From a virus, in IMG/VR virus record IMGVR_UViG_3300020029_000047, positions 1-6,134 of that record: a stretch of DNA of 6,134 nt, one strand, 5' to 3'. Positions 3,915 through 6,134 of the stretch are shown one piece after another. Made by a program: the position numbers and the translations under genes. Numbering within the stretch: position 1 is the stretch's first letter; every line of letters starts with the position of its first letter. A model generated the notes under the pieces. That model was not told where the DNA came from. It worked only from the letters and a program-made list of their open reading frames with translations, and searched no databases.

Positions 3915-5714
3915 TTAACGATTAGTCAAACGGGTTGCAAAAGTTTTATTAATAAGGTTCTTTTTACGAACACTATACGACATATTCACAAAAAAATTGT
4001 CCTCAAGGTTCGAAGCAAAGGGGGAATTAACTTGCGACATATCGACAAACAGAAGGGGATAATACGACTTACTCGAGCCACCGCCGAAGATATCAAGAGA
4101 ACGCTGTTGGACCCAATAAGAGTAAAGAGAATTTGCGCCAACAGGACCCTGAAGCCGAGAAATCTGGCCCAAAACTTCATCGTAGGAAGACCTGAATTCA
4201 TTAAAACAGGGCTCCTGAGCAAGAACAACAGACGAAGCAGTAGAGGTCGACGTCGTAAGACGAAATGCAGGAACGTCTTGATATCCAATATCGTTATAAA
4301 TGGGATTGAAGTAATCCGGACCTTGATACGAAAGGTAATCAGGAGTAATTGAGGCCCAATAATAAACTGGACGAATACTCAGCATATCAATCAGGTAACC
4401 AGGCTCACGAAAATAGTAAGACTGAACGCGACCGAGTCGAGAATTAAACGCAATAGCTCCACCTTGCTGACCAAGAGGGCCACCAGTCGACGACCCAGTA
4501 AAATTATTTTGGCCGGCTTGATTCATGACAATCTGCACATTAACGGTTTGCGAAGCGGAAAAAAGGAGTTTAGGACGGTCTACGTGCTCAATCTTCGAAG
4601 CAAAAAACGTCTCGAGCCAATCAGAATAACGACTACCACCAGCACCAAGCAGGTCCTTGTATTCCTGCAAACGAGAAGCAATGGCCAACTGAGGAATCGT
4701 CGAGACACCGCTCATCGAAACGGCGGAATTTGAACCGGTAGGAAGCAAACGGCTGTAACGGTCGGGATTAGAAGGGACAACGGCCATAGGATGAGCAATG
4801 ACGAAATAAGCGAGTTCCGAGGAGCCGGTAGTAGACCCAGAGGTAGAAAATTGACTCGAAGGAGTGGAAGCACCCCAAGTTGCATAACCAGCGGAAACAG
4901 TAGGAACCACAGATACAGGATAACCGTCCCCCGCGGAACCAGCGCCGCCAATGTCAGAACGAATAATCTGATAGAAAAGGCTGAACCGATTGTAAGTTCC
5001 ATTCGTAGAAGGCACCGAGGAAGGATAAAATTGGGATTCAAAAAATGCGTCTAAATACTCCAAATTTCCATAACGCTGTGTGAAGAGCGAAGGGGAAGAA
5101 TTGTATCCTACAATACGAGAAGGGCCAGAAACGCCGTCCTCGCTACTGTACAAATACCAAGAAGCAGGCCAAGCGAAGGAATATACACCCCATTGAGAAT
5201 AACCGTAATAATTACGAACTATATCCCAGTAAGCAAGATACGAATCCGCATTAACCCACTGAGTATGAAACGTACCAGCAGGGAGGACGACACCAGCAGG
5301 ACCATTGATACCGGAGTTGACACCATGGAACGAATGGCGCAACCAGAAATTCAACGAATTTGTAAACGAATAACTACGACCAAAAACAGAGCCAGACAAA
5401 GCGTTAGGAATCCAATTCAGACTCAAATTGTTCATGTCAAATTTGCTACTATTCGTCCTCATCTCGGGGTGATACAGCTGCAGAGGCACCCAGAAACGAT
5501 GAAGTCGAACAGTATAGGGATTAAACGTCGGAACAGCAAGAGGATTACTGCGGACGTCAATGCCCTGCTCGATAGAGACGCGGTCACGGGCGTTGATAAA
5601 ATCGATTCGCACCGGATATAAAATACCCGGTGTACACGTAAAAGCCTTACTCTCAGGAACATCGTAGCGAGAGTAGCCGTTTACAACGTGAGAAATAAAA
5701 GGTTGTTTCCCCAT
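3915..5714 (-). CDS. VP1: Major capsid protein (Microviridae VP1 / F-protein family)
   Basis: This is the longest ORF (599 aa), with ATG 5712-5714 and TAA 3915-3917, starting 3 nt after the Rep stop. The N-terminal block SRYDVPESKAFTCTPGILYPVRIDFINARDRVSIEQGIDVRSNPLAVPTFNPYTVRLHRFWVPLQLY follows the conserved pattern of microvirus capsid N-termini: short motif, G-x-L-x-P, P-x-D, then R-x-x-x-F-x-VP. Size and the Ser/Gly/Thr-rich central insertion fit gokusho/alpa-type VP1. Confidence 0.92.
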   Translation of the reverse strand: MGKQPFISHVVNGYSRYDVPESKAFTCTPGILYPVRIDFINARDRVSIEQGIDVRSNPLAVPTFNPYTVRLHRFWVPLQLYHPEMRTNSSKFDMNNLSLNWIPNALSGSVFGRSYSFTNSLNFWLRHSFHGVNSGINGPAGVVLPAGTFHTQWVNADSYLAYWDIVRNYYGYSQWGVYSFAWPASWYLYSSEDGVSGPSRIVGYNSSPSLFTQRYGNLEYLDAFFESQFYPSSVPSTNGTYNRFSLFYQIIRSDIGGAGSAGDGYPVSVVPTVSAGYATWGASTPSSQFSTSGSTTGSSELAYFVIAHPMAVVPSNPDRYSRLLPTGSNSAVSMSGVSTIPQLAIASRLQEYKDLLGAGGSRYSDWLETFFASKIEHVDRPKLLFSASQTVNVQIVMNQAGQNNFTGSSTGGPLGQQGGAIAFNSRLGRVQSYYFREPGYLIDMLSIRPVYYWASITPDYLSYQGPDYFNPIYNDIGYQDVPAFRLTTSTSTASSVVLAQEPCFNEFRSSYDEVLGQISRLQGPVGANSLYSYWVQQRSLDIFGGGSSKSYYPLLFVDMSQVNSPFASNLEDNFFVNMSYSVRKKNLINKTFATRLTNR

Positions 5715-5717
5715 AAA

Positions 5718-6134
5718 TTAAGTAATTAGTTGAAGTTTATAATAATCTCTCCAAAATTGAAAGATATCCAAATCGAGCCAAGTAGGGGGGTCAAAGTCGG
5801 GCATTTTCCGAGAGGAGGCAGAAAAACGCATTACTTGCTTTTGTTCCCACGTGTATGACGCTCTACGGGATACGGCGGAATTGAGATTGAACCGGTCAAC
5901 ACACAAAGACACAATACGCTTAACCAAAGGAGACTTGCTAAAATGTGCATAAGCGTCAGCAGCGGCAATCGAACGCATGACTTCGTCCTCCGATTTAAGA
6001 TACTTAAGATAGTATCGAGGGATCGAGTAATTATAATTGATACACTTCGAAGAATCGAAATAAGACCACGACGCAACGCGAGCAGAAGGACGAGGCATAT
6101 AACCAAGAAAATCACCAACGCCAGCAGATACGAA
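5718..6134 (-). CDS. VP4: Replication initiation protein VP4, C-terminal part (unique sequence 5718-6013; 6014-6134 duplicates 1-121). Full protein 356 aa, 1071 nt including stop
   Basis: The track ORF 5718..6098 begins at internal Met231 of Rep. The frame remains open upstream to the window end (6132-6134 is a whole codon). Because 6013 mod 3 = 1, this frame is continuous with the 775..1 frame. Stop TAA is at 5718-5720, 3 nt before the VP1 ATG. Confidence 0.93.
   Translation of the reverse strand, partial: FVSAGVGDFLGYMPRPSARVASWSYFDSSKCINYNYSIPRYYLKYLKSEDEVMRSIAAADAYAHFSKSPLVKRIVSLCVDRFNLNSAVSRRASYTWEQKQVMRFSASSRKMPDFDPPTWLDLDIFQFWRDYYKLQLIT
6014..6134. repeat. Right copy of the 121-nt terminal redundancy (same as 1-121)
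   Basis: Same as the left copy. The window ends exactly where the duplicated text ends. Confidence 0.95.

Larger units (their letters stand above)
1..6013 (-). mobile_element. Complete circular Microviridae (ssDNA phage) genome, unit length 6013 nt, all genes on the window minus strand
   Basis: There is a terminal 121-nt direct redundancy. The gene set is VP1-like capsid, VP2-like pilot and an HUH two-tyrosine Rep. Packing is compact, with 1-23 nt gaps or overlaps between most genes. The Rep reading frame closes correctly only when position 1 is joined to 6013. Confidence 0.9.

Noticed and set aside
4090-4097. CTTGATAT on the coding strand, matching the core of the phiX174 origin nick site (CAACTTG/ATATTAATAAC)
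   Set aside because: The match is only 8 nt, inside VP1, without the flanking CAA or the AT-rich spacer. A match of this length is not surprising by chance in a genome of this size, and this Rep is too divergent to assume the same site.
3675-4352. 225-aa plus-strand ORF antisense to VP1 and the 98-aa gene, plus the other plus-strand ORFs of 60-142 aa
   Set aside because: They are Arg/Lys/Ile/Asn-rich, a typical antisense shadow of a T-rich coding strand. They have no start context and no plus-strand promoter or terminator. Microviridae transcribe one strand only.
2697-5041. Hydrophobic same-strand overprinted ORFs inside VP2 (2697-2948, 83 aa), VP1 (3986-4288, 100 aa; 4712-5041, 109 aa) and the scaffold-like gene (3680-3910, 76 aa), as possible phiX174 E-like embedded lysis genes
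   Set aside because: All four listed starts are TTG, not ATG; only the 83-aa ORF has an ATG, at its fourth codon. Leu/Pro/Phe richness is the expected by-product of frame-shifting a T/C-rich strand. Several such ORFs occur, which argues for chance. The idea would be worth reviving only if one shows conserved openness and a conserved transmembrane segment across relatives.
5718-6098. 126-aa ORF listed as a stand-alone gene at the right end
   Set aside because: It is the C-terminal third of Rep. Its Met is internal residue 231, and the frame stays open upstream through the window end and the circular junction.

Overview
The window is one complete circular genome of a small ssDNA phage of the family Microviridae (gokusho/alpa-like, not phiX-like). 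Unit length is 6013 nt. Bases 1-121 recur at 6014-6134 (identical by eye), which is the usual overlap left when a circular contig is written out linearly. All nine genes I can support lie on the minus strand, in this order: 66-aa ORF, replication initiator VP4 (356 aa), major capsid VP1 (599 aa), acidic 98-aa scaffold-like protein, small predicted lipoprotein (63 aa), pilot/minor capsid VP2 (456 aa), unknown 101-aa ORF, unknown 107-aa ORF, intrinsic terminator, then a roughly 210-nt non-coding region. VP4 crosses the circular junction, so the supplied linear ORF track shows only its C-terminal 126 aa. I recovered the full protein by hand translation of the third minus frame. No gene has a Shine-Dalgarno sequence. 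A textbook Bacteroides-type promoter (TTTG-N19-TAnnTTTG) sits in front of the two unknown ORFs, so a Bacteroidota host is the best inference. Five items merit follow-up: (1) a lipobox-bearing mini-lipoprotein between the scaffold-like and pilot genes; (2) the promoter-to-terminator two-gene accessory cassette of unknown function; (3) a compact GC-rich three-way-junction element in the only large intergenic region, a candidate origin; (4) a long imperfect hairpin plus T-run after the capsid/scaffold block, a candidate attenuator; (5) the small ORF coupled to Rep through a TAATG overlap. I saw no tRNA, rRNA, CRISPR array, transposase or integrase.
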